DNA from: Candidatus Parcubacteria bacterium
GTDB lineage: Bacteria > Patescibacteriota > Microgenomatia > UBA12405
Direction: 5' to 3'
DNA: 64,000 nucleotides
Assembly: GCA_023396915.1 (NCBI GenBank)
Contig: JAEWUV010000002.1
Location: 3,171 to 67,170 of the forward strand
A program made the translations under genes and the position numbers. The notes under the pieces were generated by a model that saw only the letters and a list, made by a program, of their open reading frames with translations, was not told the origin of the DNA and ran no database searches. Below are positions 38,852 through 47,926 of this stretch, in pieces (the first letter of the stretch is position 1; each line of letters begins with the position of its first letter).

Positions 38852-39334
38852 ATGAAGAAGCTTGTTTTTGTTATGGTGATGATGCTAGGTTTAGTATTGG
38901 TGGGGACTAAAGGAGCTTTGGCAAGTGGATTTAATCTTCAATCAATTGGATCAGTTAATACAAGCGGGCAGCAAATTTCTCATTGGTGGTACACAAACTC
39001 GAATCCGGTATTTTTGGGGGAGGCTCCATCAGGAAGCACAGTAAATGTCTCTGTCGACGGATCACAAGTGAGTGTAACGGCTGATGGAAATAATAATTGG
39101 AGTTATTCTACTGGTAGCTTAACTAGCGGTGATCATAGTGTGTCGATTTCGAATAATGGTTCGACTATAAACTTTACATTAACTATCGGTGCAGAAAATG
39201 TTGATTGGGATGCAGTAAATAGCGGAACAAGTGAAACACTACCGACAGTAGGAATTGTTATGCCGACAATTTTATTGTCTTCTAGTGGGTTGGGTTTATT
39301 GTTCGGAGCTAAACGATTGGCAAAAAAAGCTTAA
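38852..39334 (+). CDS. Secreted Ser/Thr/Asn-rich surface protein with a C-terminal sortase-type sorting signal (variant motif LPTVG)
   Basis: Signal peptide MKKLVFVMVMMLGLVLVGTKGALA. C-terminus ETLPTVG, then hydrophobic IVMPTILLSSSGLGLLFGA, then basic tail KRLAKKA. Confidence 0.55.
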   Translation: MKKLVFVMVMMLGLVLVGTKGALASGFNLQSIGSVNTSGQQISHWWYTNSNPVFLGEAPSGSTVNVSVDGSQVSVTADGNNNWSYSTGSLTSGDHSVSISNNGSTINFTLTIGAENVDWDAVNSGTSETLPTVGIVMPTILLSSSGLGLLFGAKRLAKKA

Positions 39335-39352
39335 GGTTTGGTACAATTGGCA

Positions 39353-40408
39353 ATGAAATTTTTTGTCCAGACTTTTGGTTGTATCCAAAATACGGCTGAT
39401 TCGGAAAGAGTTAGAGCTTATTTCTTGGTGAAAGGAGATAAAGAAGTAAAACAATGGCAAGAGGCTGATGTAGTAGTGGTAAATACTTGTGTAGTTAGGC
39501 AGTCGGCAGAAAATAGAGCTTATGGATTGATAAGAAAATCCCAAAAATACGGTAAAAAAATCATTGTGACGGGATGTTTGGTGGGAGTTTTTAATAAAAA
39601 TTATAAAAAGAAAGGTGAGACGATTAAAAATTTCCCTGGAGTAGAGTTTAGACCAATAGAAAAGTTTGAGATTGATTACGAACCAGTTAAAAAGTTTAAT
39701 GATACGGTTTTAATTCCAATTAGTTATGGGTGTAATAATATGTGTTCGTATTGTATTGTGCCACAGGCTCGCGGCCCAGAAATATCCCGAAAAATGGAGG
39801 AAATTTTACTAGAAGTAGATGAAGCAATTAGAAAAGGTAATAGAAAAATTTTGCTGATAGGACAAAATGTAAATTCTTATGGAAGTGATCTTAAAAAATG
39901 CGGTTATGTACATATGGGCAAAAAGAGATTTAAGAGCATGTTTGCTGAATTGCTAGAAAAAGTAGCTCAAAAGACTCTCGAAAAAGTTTCTTTTGTAAGT
40001 AATAATCCTTGGGATTTTTCCGATGATTTGATAGATGTGATTGCTAAATACAAAAATATTGACAGACTGATTCATCTACCTTTTCAGGCTGGTGATGATG
40101 AAATTCTAAAAAAAATGAACCGAAATTATACAAAACAGGAATATTTAGATTTAGTAAAAAGAATTAAGAATAAAATTAAGGATGTTAAATTGAGTACTGA
40201 CATTATTATTGGATTTCCCGGAGAAACTGACGAAAAGTTTGAAGAGACGGTGGATATTTGTCGTCAAGTTAACTTTGAGGTGGCCTATTTAAATAAATAT
40301 TCCCCTCGCCCAGGAACGGTCAGCGCCAAACTTTACAAAGACGATGTACCGATGAAAGTTAAAAAAGATAGATGGGAAAGATTGGAGAAAATGATAAACC
40401 AGAAGTAA
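39353..40408 (+). CDS. MiaB/RimO-family radical-SAM methylthiotransferase (no TRAM domain)
   Basis: UPF0004 N-domain FVQTFGCIQN...VVVVNTCVV. Radical-SAM cluster CNNMCSYC. ATG start chosen; the ORF track uses an upstream TTG at 39338. Confidence 0.75.
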   Translation: MKFFVQTFGCIQNTADSERVRAYFLVKGDKEVKQWQEADVVVVNTCVVRQSAENRAYGLIRKSQKYGKKIIVTGCLVGVFNKNYKKKGETIKNFPGVEFRPIEKFEIDYEPVKKFNDTVLIPISYGCNNMCSYCIVPQARGPEISRKMEEILLEVDEAIRKGNRKILLIGQNVNSYGSDLKKCGYVHMGKKRFKSMFAELLEKVAQKTLEKVSFVSNNPWDFSDDLIDVIAKYKNIDRLIHLPFQAGDDEILKKMNRNYTKQEYLDLVKRIKNKIKDVKLSTDIIIGFPGETDEKFEETVDICRQVNFEVAYLNKYSPRPGTVSAKLYKDDVPMKVKKDRWERLEKMINQK

Positions 40409-40411
40409 TTT

Positions 40412-41377
40412 TTACAAATGGTTGGCGATGTTGGCGTTGTGCTCGGAGAGAGTTTGGGCATAGTACATGACACCGTCGTTGCCGGTTAAATAAAACAAAT
40501 AGTCAGAACTGGTGGGATGAAAAGCGGCATAGAGAGAATCATAACCGGGGTTGCAAATAGGACCAGGAGGAAGACCGATGTTTTGGTAAGTATTATAAGG
40601 TGAAACAATAGATTTAATATCGGCAGCGGCTAAGTCTTCCCAATATTTTTTAGGCTTTCTTTGGGTATCACGGGCATATTGAACAGTAACGTCTGATTGT
40701 AAAGGCATACCAGAATCAAGACGATTCATTAAAACTCCAGCAACACCTTGTTTGACTTTCAAAGTTCTGGCTTCGTGTTCAATGATAGAGGCTAAAATGA
40801 CAATTTGTCTGTCAGTTAGTTGAGTATTAGTGGCACCGACTTTGGCCTGGGCAAATTTGATATCGAAATTATCTTGAATGGTTTCTAAAACTTGATCAAG
40901 AGTGAAATATTGAGGAATTAAATAGCTGTCAGGGAAGATATAACCCTCGTCACTTTTGGCAATTTTAATAAAATCGGTACTGCTAATTGATGAGTCTTTT
41001 GGAAAAATATCTGTTAATTCTTCGACTCTGAGACCTTCTAAAATTTTTACCCAATAATCAGTAATACCACTGGTCGTTAATTTAATGGCAATTTCTTTGG
41101 TCGAAAGGCTTGGAGAAATTTTAAAATTTCCGGCTTGGATTTTTTTGTTCAGGCCAAGGGTATAGCTGTAGTAATAAAAAACATATTTATTTCTGATTAA
41201 ATCTGATTTCTCTAAATTTTGGGCGATTGATTTAATCCCCTCGCCCGAGTCGACAGTAAAAACCATATTAGAATCATTGTCAGAAACAGGTTGATTATTA
41301 ATAAAGACGAAAGAAAAACCGGCAATAAAAATCAATGCAAACAAAGCTAAAAAAGAAAACACAACTTTTTTAATCAT
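40412..41377 (-). CDS. mltG: Endolytic murein transglycosylase MltG (YceG family)
   Basis: N-terminal TM; YNTYQNIGLPPGPICNPG signature. Confidence 0.85.
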   Translation of the reverse strand: MIKKVVFSFLALFALIFIAGFSFVFINNQPVSDNDSNMVFTVDSGEGIKSIAQNLEKSDLIRNKYVFYYYSYTLGLNKKIQAGNFKISPSLSTKEIAIKLTTSGITDYWVKILEGLRVEELTDIFPKDSSISSTDFIKIAKSDEGYIFPDSYLIPQYFTLDQVLETIQDNFDIKFAQAKVGATNTQLTDRQIVILASIIEHEARTLKVKQGVAGVLMNRLDSGMPLQSDVTVQYARDTQRKPKKYWEDLAAADIKSIVSPYNTYQNIGLPPGPICNPGYDSLYAAFHPTSSDYLFYLTGNDGVMYYAQTLSEHNANIANHL

Positions 41378-41575
41378 TTAAATTTCGTCAAATAGGGCTC
41401 GGCGGTAGGTATCTTTTTTCTCATCGTGGATAAAGATACGACCACATTGACAAGTAACAGTCATTTTGCCTCGGACTGGTTTTCTAATCCCTTTGGATAG
41501 AGGTGTGCCACAACCGACACAACGCTTTTGAGATAATAACCAGGCTTGAATTGGGGCAATCATTTTTTTGATCAT
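41378..41575 (-). CDS. Small zinc-ribbon protein (hypothetical)
   Basis: 65 aa filling the ruvX-mltG gap exactly; CVGCG...CQCG. Confidence 0.45.
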   Translation of the reverse strand: MIKKMIAPIQAWLLSQKRCVGCGTPLSKGIRKPVRGKMTVTCQCGRIFIHDEKKDTYRRALFDEI

Positions 41576-41593
41576 ATGTTTTATTATAAATGA

Positions 41594-41965
41594 TTAATTA
41601 ATAACCCGCTGAAGAATTACTGCAGCAGCAATAGCATCAATTTTATTTTTGTAATCTTTTTTAGATTTTTTGTTAGTTAAATATATTTCATCAGCCTCGA
41701 TAGTACTGACGGCTTCTTCGACTGTTTCGATGGGTAATGAAAAATTTTGTTTGAGATGCTTAACAAATTCTAGGGTTTTTTGAGCAAAAAGACCTTCAGA
41801 TACCCCAACAAAAATTTTTTCTATTTTATTTTCGGAAATAACATTTTTAAGATAACTTAAAAAGTTAGAATCATTTTTGACAACAGAAAAAGGCTGGATA
41901 ATACCCTGCGTAGAAATAGCAATTCCAATTTTTTTAGAACCATAATCAATGGATAAACAATTCAT
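41594..41965 (-). CDS. ruvX: Putative pre-16S rRNA nuclease / Holliday-junction resolvase-like YqgF (RuvX)
   Basis: 123 aa; LSIDYGSKKIGIAIS RNase H-like start; conserved yqgF-yceG(mltG) neighbourhood. Confidence 0.75.
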   Translation of the reverse strand: MNCLSIDYGSKKIGIAISTQGIIQPFSVVKNDSNFLSYLKNVISENKIEKIFVGVSEGLFAQKTLEFVKHLKQNFSLPIETVEEAVSTIEADEIYLTNKKSKKDYKNKIDAIAAAVILQRVIN

Positions 41966-41992
41966 GTTTAATTATACCAAAATGATGTTTAT

Positions 41993-42709
41993 TTATATCT
42001 CTATGGTGGCTTTGATGATCAGGCGGCGGAGATAAGTGCCGGGAGGGCTACAAGTAATTAAAGTTAAGGTTTTATTGTCGTAATGTTGTTCCAAAACAGA
42101 AAGGTCAGTAGGTTTTACTTCATACATTTCTTCAACCACATATTTATAGGTGGATTTATCGTAACGTAAAATAATTTCATCACCCTGTTCAAGTTTATAA
42201 AGAGTAGAAAAAATAGTTAAATAGTTTTTTGAACTAAAAAATTGAGGTAAAACTGAATGACCAAAAACAACAGTATTACCTAATTGCCCTGGTAAAGCTG
42301 TCTGAGGATATTGAATCAAACTTTTAGTTAAATCCATACTTCCCATAGTAACGATAGCGTCGGTAATTTTTAATTTTGGTATAGAAAGATAATAAGTTGA
42401 ATTATTACTGTCAATTGTCTGTCCAATTAAATTGGAGTTATTGGGTGAATTAACAAACCAATTTGATAATTGAGTGTAATCAACATTACTTTCGCCTAAA
42501 ACAGCTGATTGACTAAATGATTGCCCAGACAATGGATCAATAATTTGCTTAAATTTAGTGGAATAAGTTAGTTGAAATTTTACGATGGGAAAAAGTGCAA
42601 AAGTAAACAAAGAAATTCCAGTAAAGGCTAAAATACTAACGATGATTTTTTTTCGCTGGATAAGCTTGCTTTTTTTGGGTGGATCTTTTTTTAGGTAAAT
42701 ATAACTCAC
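41993..42709 (-). CDS. Sortase (class A/E-like transpeptidase)
   Basis: N-terminal TM anchor; catalytic His in VVFGHS; TLxTC motif TLTLITCSPPG followed by RR. Confidence 0.85.
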   Translation of the reverse strand: MSYIYLKKDPPKKSKLIQRKKIIVSILAFTGISLFTFALFPIVKFQLTYSTKFKQIIDPLSGQSFSQSAVLGESNVDYTQLSNWFVNSPNNSNLIGQTIDSNNSTYYLSIPKLKITDAIVTMGSMDLTKSLIQYPQTALPGQLGNTVVFGHSVLPQFFSSKNYLTIFSTLYKLEQGDEIILRYDKSTYKYVVEEMYEVKPTDLSVLEQHYDNKTLTLITCSPPGTYLRRLIIKATIEI

Positions 42710-44895
42710 GAGTTTTCGGTTTTAATTTCAATATTGATATTTTTGGGGATAAAAGGCAATAAAGGAAGTTTTGTTCTAATGTTGAAATTATACGCCCGAG
42801 GAACCATTTTTTTAATAGTCTCTCCGGCTTGCTTGACAGTTTTAACCGATAAGGCTTTTTGCAAGGAGCTTATTTCAATTTTTGGTGAGGATTTGCCGGT
42901 TATAATTAATGAGGCGGTGGCTTGAGTGTTACTAATTTTACTAATTTCAAAGGCGAGAGAAAAATCCTGAGGATTGAATTCAATTTTGTTAAAATTAGTG
43001 TCATCACTGAGAAATTGTTTTAAAAGTTTTTCTTTAGTATCTGATTTAATGGTAAAAACAGAAACTGAGGCAGTAATTGTACCGGTCAATTCATCAGCGG
43101 CTTCACCAACTTCCCGACTAAGGTCAAGAGAATCTTGATTACTTTGAATACTTTCTTTGATAACTCCGGAAACATCGTTTAATGTTTGATCAATTTTATC
43201 TTCAACAACTTTGACAATTTCATCATCTATTTTTGATTGCACCGCTGCTTTGTCATCTTTACTAACAGCTTTGATTTGCTGCTTACTTCCACCGGTAAAA
43301 GAGTTTTCTGCTTTGGCAATAAGACTGGTGTTAGGATAATCCTTGAAAGTTAGTTGGGAACCAGCTGAAATATTATATTCAGAACCTATGTCAGCGGCGA
43401 CGACGGAAGTTTTTGTTTGACCTAAAGTGATAACTCCTTTGTCTAAGTCAGAACTACTTGGAGCGACAGAAATGGCAGCAACCAATTCAAATTTTTTACC
43501 TGAAGAATCGGTTAGAATCGAACCTTTTGGTAAATTTTGAGTTTCACCGACCTTATTATAGACGACAACCTCTCCTTTGGCATTTTCTCCGATTGTTTTT
43601 TGTCCGGTAGTTTCAACTGTGGCTTTGGCTTCAACGTCAAAAGTTTCTTTTTGAACGGGAATAATTGACGAAGCAATACTATCATCTGAAGCGTCTGTTT
43701 TTAAAGTAATAGCAAGTGTTTTTTCGAATTGATACGGAGTAATGAATAAAGTGATATCAGCTCTCAAAAAAACAAAAGGAAGAATGGCTAAAAAAGGCAA
43801 AATAATTAGAATAATCCAAAAGAAATTAAAATTAAATTTGAATTTAGGAAGTTTGATTTTTTTTAAAAAATCAAAAGATATCTTTTTTTTGCTGTCGGGT
43901 TGAGTTAGAACCGGCGGTAAAACGACAGGTGGTTCAAATGGATCTAAGTTCGGCTCAGGAATTTGATCAATAACTGGGGGAATTTCAACTGCTTCTTGGT
44001 CAGAATTTTTTGGTAAATCAGCAGTGATAAAACCAAAATCTTTTGGGTCAGTTTCGATTAACTCGGCTTCTGAATTAAGAGGTGAAGGAAGCTGCTCTTC
44101 TGGGGTAATTTCTTGTTCTACCTCTACCTCATCTGGTGTTTCGTTGATAATCTTATTTTGTTGGCTGGGGATACCAGATAATTGAGATGAAATTACCCGG
44201 GTAAAAGTAGTGATTAAGTCGTTACTATCATATAAATTAATATCAGGAAGATGGAGGAAGGTTTCAATATTTTTTTTGCCAAGCCAAGGATAGTTTTTTA
44301 ATGAATCAACAATTTGATTATCGGCTTGGCCAAAAAGTAAAATTTTCGGAGGTAAAGTAGATTCCGTTTTAATTTCTAAAAGGGTTGACTCGAGTATTTG
44401 TCCATTAAATTCCTCTGTAAAAGATTTTCTGATTCTTTCTTTGATGTGGCCCAAATAAACCAGTGATAGGTAAAATTCGTTTTGGCTCAGGTGAACTAAA
44501 ATAAAACTGGATGGGAAATCATCAGCACGATTAGAATCTTCTACTATGGCCTCATCTTCGGCCAAAAAACCAGTAGGGCTAAGAGACATTTTTTTACAAA
44601 CTTCTTTGATGGCTTTAATTTTTTGAGGAAGAATTTTTCCATCACTACCAACCCAAAATGGAGGAACAACAAAAGCGGCTAAAGACGGCTCTTCTTCTTC
44701 GGTGATATTGGCGTTAAGTGAAGCTACAGAAAGCGATTCATCAACTGATTGGATTAAGGACTCATCATTATCTCCTTGCCAGTCTTTGTTTGGGCCGGTA
44801 GCTACAATCTGAAATTTACCTTGAGAATTGGAAACTAAAGAAACTGAAACGTTACTTTCTTGTATATAAATTAACCAAAAACTACTACCTTCCAT
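42706..44895 (-). CDS. Large single-pass membrane protein: cytoplasmic FtsA/PilM-like(?) domain, Pro-rich linker, TM, about 370-aa ectodomain; translationally coupled to the sortase
   Basis: TM FWIILIILPFLAILPFVFL. 4-nt ATGA overlap with the sortase gene. No recognisable catalytic motif. Confidence 0.5.
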   Translation of the reverse strand: MEGSSFWLIYIQESNVSVSLVSNSQGKFQIVATGPNKDWQGDNDESLIQSVDESLSVASLNANITEEEEPSLAAFVVPPFWVGSDGKILPQKIKAIKEVCKKMSLSPTGFLAEDEAIVEDSNRADDFPSSFILVHLSQNEFYLSLVYLGHIKERIRKSFTEEFNGQILESTLLEIKTESTLPPKILLFGQADNQIVDSLKNYPWLGKKNIETFLHLPDINLYDSNDLITTFTRVISSQLSGIPSQQNKIINETPDEVEVEQEITPEEQLPSPLNSEAELIETDPKDFGFITADLPKNSDQEAVEIPPVIDQIPEPNLDPFEPPVVLPPVLTQPDSKKKISFDFLKKIKLPKFKFNFNFFWIILIILPFLAILPFVFLRADITLFITPYQFEKTLAITLKTDASDDSIASSIIPVQKETFDVEAKATVETTGQKTIGENAKGEVVVYNKVGETQNLPKGSILTDSSGKKFELVAAISVAPSSSDLDKGVITLGQTKTSVVAADIGSEYNISAGSQLTFKDYPNTSLIAKAENSFTGGSKQQIKAVSKDDKAAVQSKIDDEIVKVVEDKIDQTLNDVSGVIKESIQSNQDSLDLSREVGEAADELTGTITASVSVFTIKSDTKEKLLKQFLSDDTNFNKIEFNPQDFSLAFEISKISNTQATASLIITGKSSPKIEISSLQKALSVKTVKQAGETIKKMVPRAYNFNIRTKLPLLPFIPKNINIEIKTENS

Positions 44896-44944
44896 GATAT
44901 AAGGATACTATAAAAAAATATTAATGTAATTTTGGGGTTATAAT

Positions 44945-45460
44945 TTGACAGTGAAAATAAATTTTTACCCCGAAAGCAATAATAGAGATTATATTAAAGC
45001 AGCGCTTGAATATAAAAAAATCTGGAAAAAAGATGGAATTAAAATAATAAAATTAATTGGGAAATATAGCGGTCAAAAATTTAAAACAAAAGAAATAAAC
45101 GCTTTAACTTGTAATCAAGTAAGCTACTCTAGCCCGTTACTTTTAGAAAGTGGTTTAACGAAGAATATTAAAGAAGGAGTGATTGTTCACGAATTATTAC
45201 ATCGATTGTTGGTGGAAAATAATTATCGTCTGCCAAATAAAAATTTTACTGAAAACGTACACAGAATTATTGATTTAATATTATTTGATATTTGGGTGGA
45301 ATTATTTGGAGAAAAGTTGGCAAAAGAAAACATGAAACATGAAATTGGTTATGGTTGTTTAGACTATAAAAAAGCCTGGGACTGGGCATTATCTTTTTCG
45401 AAAGAGGAAAGAACAAAAGAATTTGAAAAAATGAAACGAAAATACTGTAAATTTACTTAA
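44945..45460 (+). CDS. Small HExxH protein (putative zinc-dependent hydrolase, DUF45/YgjP-like?)
   Basis: VIVHELLHRLLVENNY. GGGTTATAAT is directly upstream; the true start may be the GTG at 44951. Confidence 0.45.
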   Translation: MTVKINFYPESNNRDYIKAALEYKKIWKKDGIKIIKLIGKYSGQKFKTKEINALTCNQVSYSSPLLLESGLTKNIKEGVIVHELLHRLLVENNYRLPNKNFTENVHRIIDLILFDIWVELFGEKLAKENMKHEIGYGCLDYKKAWDWALSFSKEERTKEFEKMKRKYCKFT

Positions 45461-47279
45461 GCACGGCATAGATGCGGCGTTTGCCGGAACCAGCGGACTC
45501 TTCTTTGGTTATTTCAAAGGTGCCTAAAATACCGGTATTTTCGACATGAGGCCCAGTACAGACTTCTTTGGAAAAGTCACCAACAGTAAAAACAGAAACA
45601 GTTTCAGGATATTTAGTGCCAAAAAAGGCTAAAGCACCTTGAAGTTGTGCTTCTACAAAAGGCATAGTTTCTTTGATAACTGGTAGATTAAGTTTTATTT
45701 GTTCATTAACTAAATCCTCAATTTCTTTTAATTGTTCCTCGGTTAATTTTTGATCATGAGAAAAATCGAAGCGAAGTCTTTCGGCAGTAATATTGGAACC
45801 AGATTGTTGGACATGGTCGCCTAAAATTTTTCTGAGGGCCGTGTGAAGTAAATGAGTGGCAGTGTGATATTTAGTAATAATTTCGGAATTATCTGCCAAA
45901 CCGGATTTAAATTTACCGGCGGAAAGAGTTTGAGATTTTTTTTGATGTTCTTCTTTGGCTTGATTAAATTCATCAATATTTAATTTTTGGCCATTTTTTT
46001 CTAATTCCTCAATTATCATTTCAACAGGGAAACCAAAACTCTCGTAAAGTTTAAATGCATCTTTCCCAGAAACATTTTTTTTACTTTCAATAAATTTATT
46101 AATTTCTTTAAGTCCATTATTTAATGTCTGTCGAAATTTATTTTCTTCGGTTTCTAAAACAGAAATAATTTTTTCTCTGTTTTTATTTAATTCAGGGTAA
46201 ATACCGGCATAGTTATCTTGATTATCTAAAACAGATTGGGCAATTTGGCCGATAAATTTATCTTCAATACCGATTAATTTCCCTTGACGAATAGATCTTC
46301 TGATTAAGCGGCGCAAAACATAACCGGCTTCTTTATTACTTGGCTCTACTCCATCGGCAATAATAAAAACAGAGGCTTTGACATGGTCGGCAATAATACG
46401 AATAGAACGACAAACCCCTCCGTCGCTTCGCGCCACCTCCCCTTGACAAGGGAGGCTTTTATTTTGGTATTTTTTACCAGAAATTTCTTCGATTTTTTTG
46501 ATAATTGGTTGCCAAATATCAGTTAAATAATTATCGGAAAAACCGGATAATATAGCAGTTGTCCTCTCAACTCCCATACCAGTATCAACATTTTTTTGAG
46601 AAAGTGGTTCAAATGCACCGTCGGATTTTTTGTTATATTCCATGAAGACATCATTCCAAATTTCAATGATTCGGCCTTGTTTACATCCGGCAACAAAATC
46701 AATATCACCACCATTTAGATTGGTATCAATAAACATTTCGGTGTCCGGACCGCAAGGACCGGTGGTTCCAGCCGGACCCCACCAATTATCTTTTTTTGGC
46801 AAATAATGGATATGATCTTCACTAATTCCCTGACTTAACCATAAGCCATGTGATTCGGTGTCTTTTGGAGCATCAGCATCGCCGATAAAACAAGTTACAT
46901 GAAAATGTTTAATATCTATATTTAATTGATTGGTTAAAAATTCAAAACTCCAAGGAATCATATCTTTTTTGAAATAATCCCCTAGCGACCAATTACCTAA
47001 CATCTCAAAAAAAGTGTGATGGTAACCATCACCGACTTCATCAATATCACCGGTTCTGAGGCATTTTTGAACATCAACTAATCTTTTACCCGACGGGTGA
47101 GCTTGACCCAAAAGATAGGGAACTAGAGGGTGCATGCCGGCAGAAATAAAAAGGGTGGTGGGATCGTTTTCAGGAATTAAAGAAGCAGAGGGAATTTCGA
47201 CGTGATTTTTAGAGACAAAAAAATTGATAAATTTATCCTTTAATTCTCGGGCTTGCATGGTGTGATTATAGCAGTTCAA
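45453..47279 (-). CDS. alaS: Alanine--tRNA ligase (shortened, lacks the C-Ala domain)
   Basis: 608 aa; class-II catalytic core (FFEMLGNWSLGDYFK); editing-domain motifs TATHLLHTAL and CTGPHV. Confidence 0.9.
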   Translation of the reverse strand: MNCYNHTMQARELKDKFINFFVSKNHVEIPSASLIPENDPTTLFISAGMHPLVPYLLGQAHPSGKRLVDVQKCLRTGDIDEVGDGYHHTFFEMLGNWSLGDYFKKDMIPWSFEFLTNQLNIDIKHFHVTCFIGDADAPKDTESHGLWLSQGISEDHIHYLPKKDNWWGPAGTTGPCGPDTEMFIDTNLNGGDIDFVAGCKQGRIIEIWNDVFMEYNKKSDGAFEPLSQKNVDTGMGVERTTAILSGFSDNYLTDIWQPIIKKIEEISGKKYQNKSLPCQGEVARSDGGVCRSIRIIADHVKASVFIIADGVEPSNKEAGYVLRRLIRRSIRQGKLIGIEDKFIGQIAQSVLDNQDNYAGIYPELNKNREKIISVLETEENKFRQTLNNGLKEINKFIESKKNVSGKDAFKLYESFGFPVEMIIEELEKNGQKLNIDEFNQAKEEHQKKSQTLSAGKFKSGLADNSEIITKYHTATHLLHTALRKILGDHVQQSGSNITAERLRFDFSHDQKLTEEQLKEIEDLVNEQIKLNLPVIKETMPFVEAQLQGALAFFGTKYPETVSVFTVGDFSKEVCTGPHVENTGILGTFEITKEESAGSGKRRIYAVLK

Positions 47280-47328
47280 AACCTCTCTGTCCTACGGACA
47301 TCTCCCCTTAAAAAAGGGAGAAGTCTTA

Positions 47329-47637
47329 TTACTTGGCTTTGATGAATGTTTTAGGGGTGGGTTTTTTAGGTTTGACAAAAACTGGGGTGATTTCTTTTTT
47401 GACAACAACTTTTTTTGCGGATTTGGTTGGAGTAGTTTTTTCTGTTGGAATTAGATCTTGAAAGAAAGATTTAATTTTTTCTTCTAGTTTTTCGAAAACT
47501 TCACCTTTGTTGTTTTTGTAGATAACGACAGCAATAACAGCTCCAATAACAGCACCTAAAATCAGTCCAAAAATAAAACCGGAACTGGACGAATTACAAT
47601 TACAATCTGATTTTTGACAATCACAATTATTCTTCAT
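47329..47637 (-). CDS. YtxH-like small membrane protein (glycine-zipper TM) with a Cys-rich N-terminus
   Basis: MKNNCDCQKSDCNCN then GFIFGLILGAVIGAVIAVVIY. The ORF-track start at 47742 would overlap the upstream gene by over 100 nt. Confidence 0.4.
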   Translation of the reverse strand: MKNNCDCQKSDCNCNSSSSGFIFGLILGAVIGAVIAVVIYKNNKGEVFEKLEEKIKSFFQDLIPTEKTTPTKSAKKVVVKKEITPVFVKPKKPTPKTFIKAK

Positions 47638-47902
47638 TTTTCTTTTCTTCTTTATTTTTCTTGTCAAATAATTTATTGAAAAAAGAAAAGCCATTTTTGA
47701 AACCCATGACAAATTCAGAAATAGAAGAAACTGGTTTGGCAACAGAGCTGGTTATAAGATGAGCGTCATCAAGAATATTATTAGTTTTATCAATGGTGGT
47801 TTTAAATTCTTTGAAGATACGAATAAGATATATACCCGAAACAACAACGACAAGGGTAATTAAAATAAGACTAACGATAATTATTATTTGAGTTATGTCC
47901 AT
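47627..47902 (-). CDS. DUF948/YtxG-like small membrane protein
   Basis: 91 aa; N-terminal TM IIIVSLILITLVVVVSGIYLI then a helical region; the ytxG-ytxH pairing is as in Firmicutes. Confidence 0.4.
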   Translation of the reverse strand: MDITQIIIIVSLILITLVVVVSGIYLIRIFKEFKTTIDKTNNILDDAHLITSSVAKPVSSISEFVMGFKNGFSFFNKLFDKKNKEEKKNEE

Positions 47903-47926
47903 ATAATCAGTATAAACTAATTTTTA

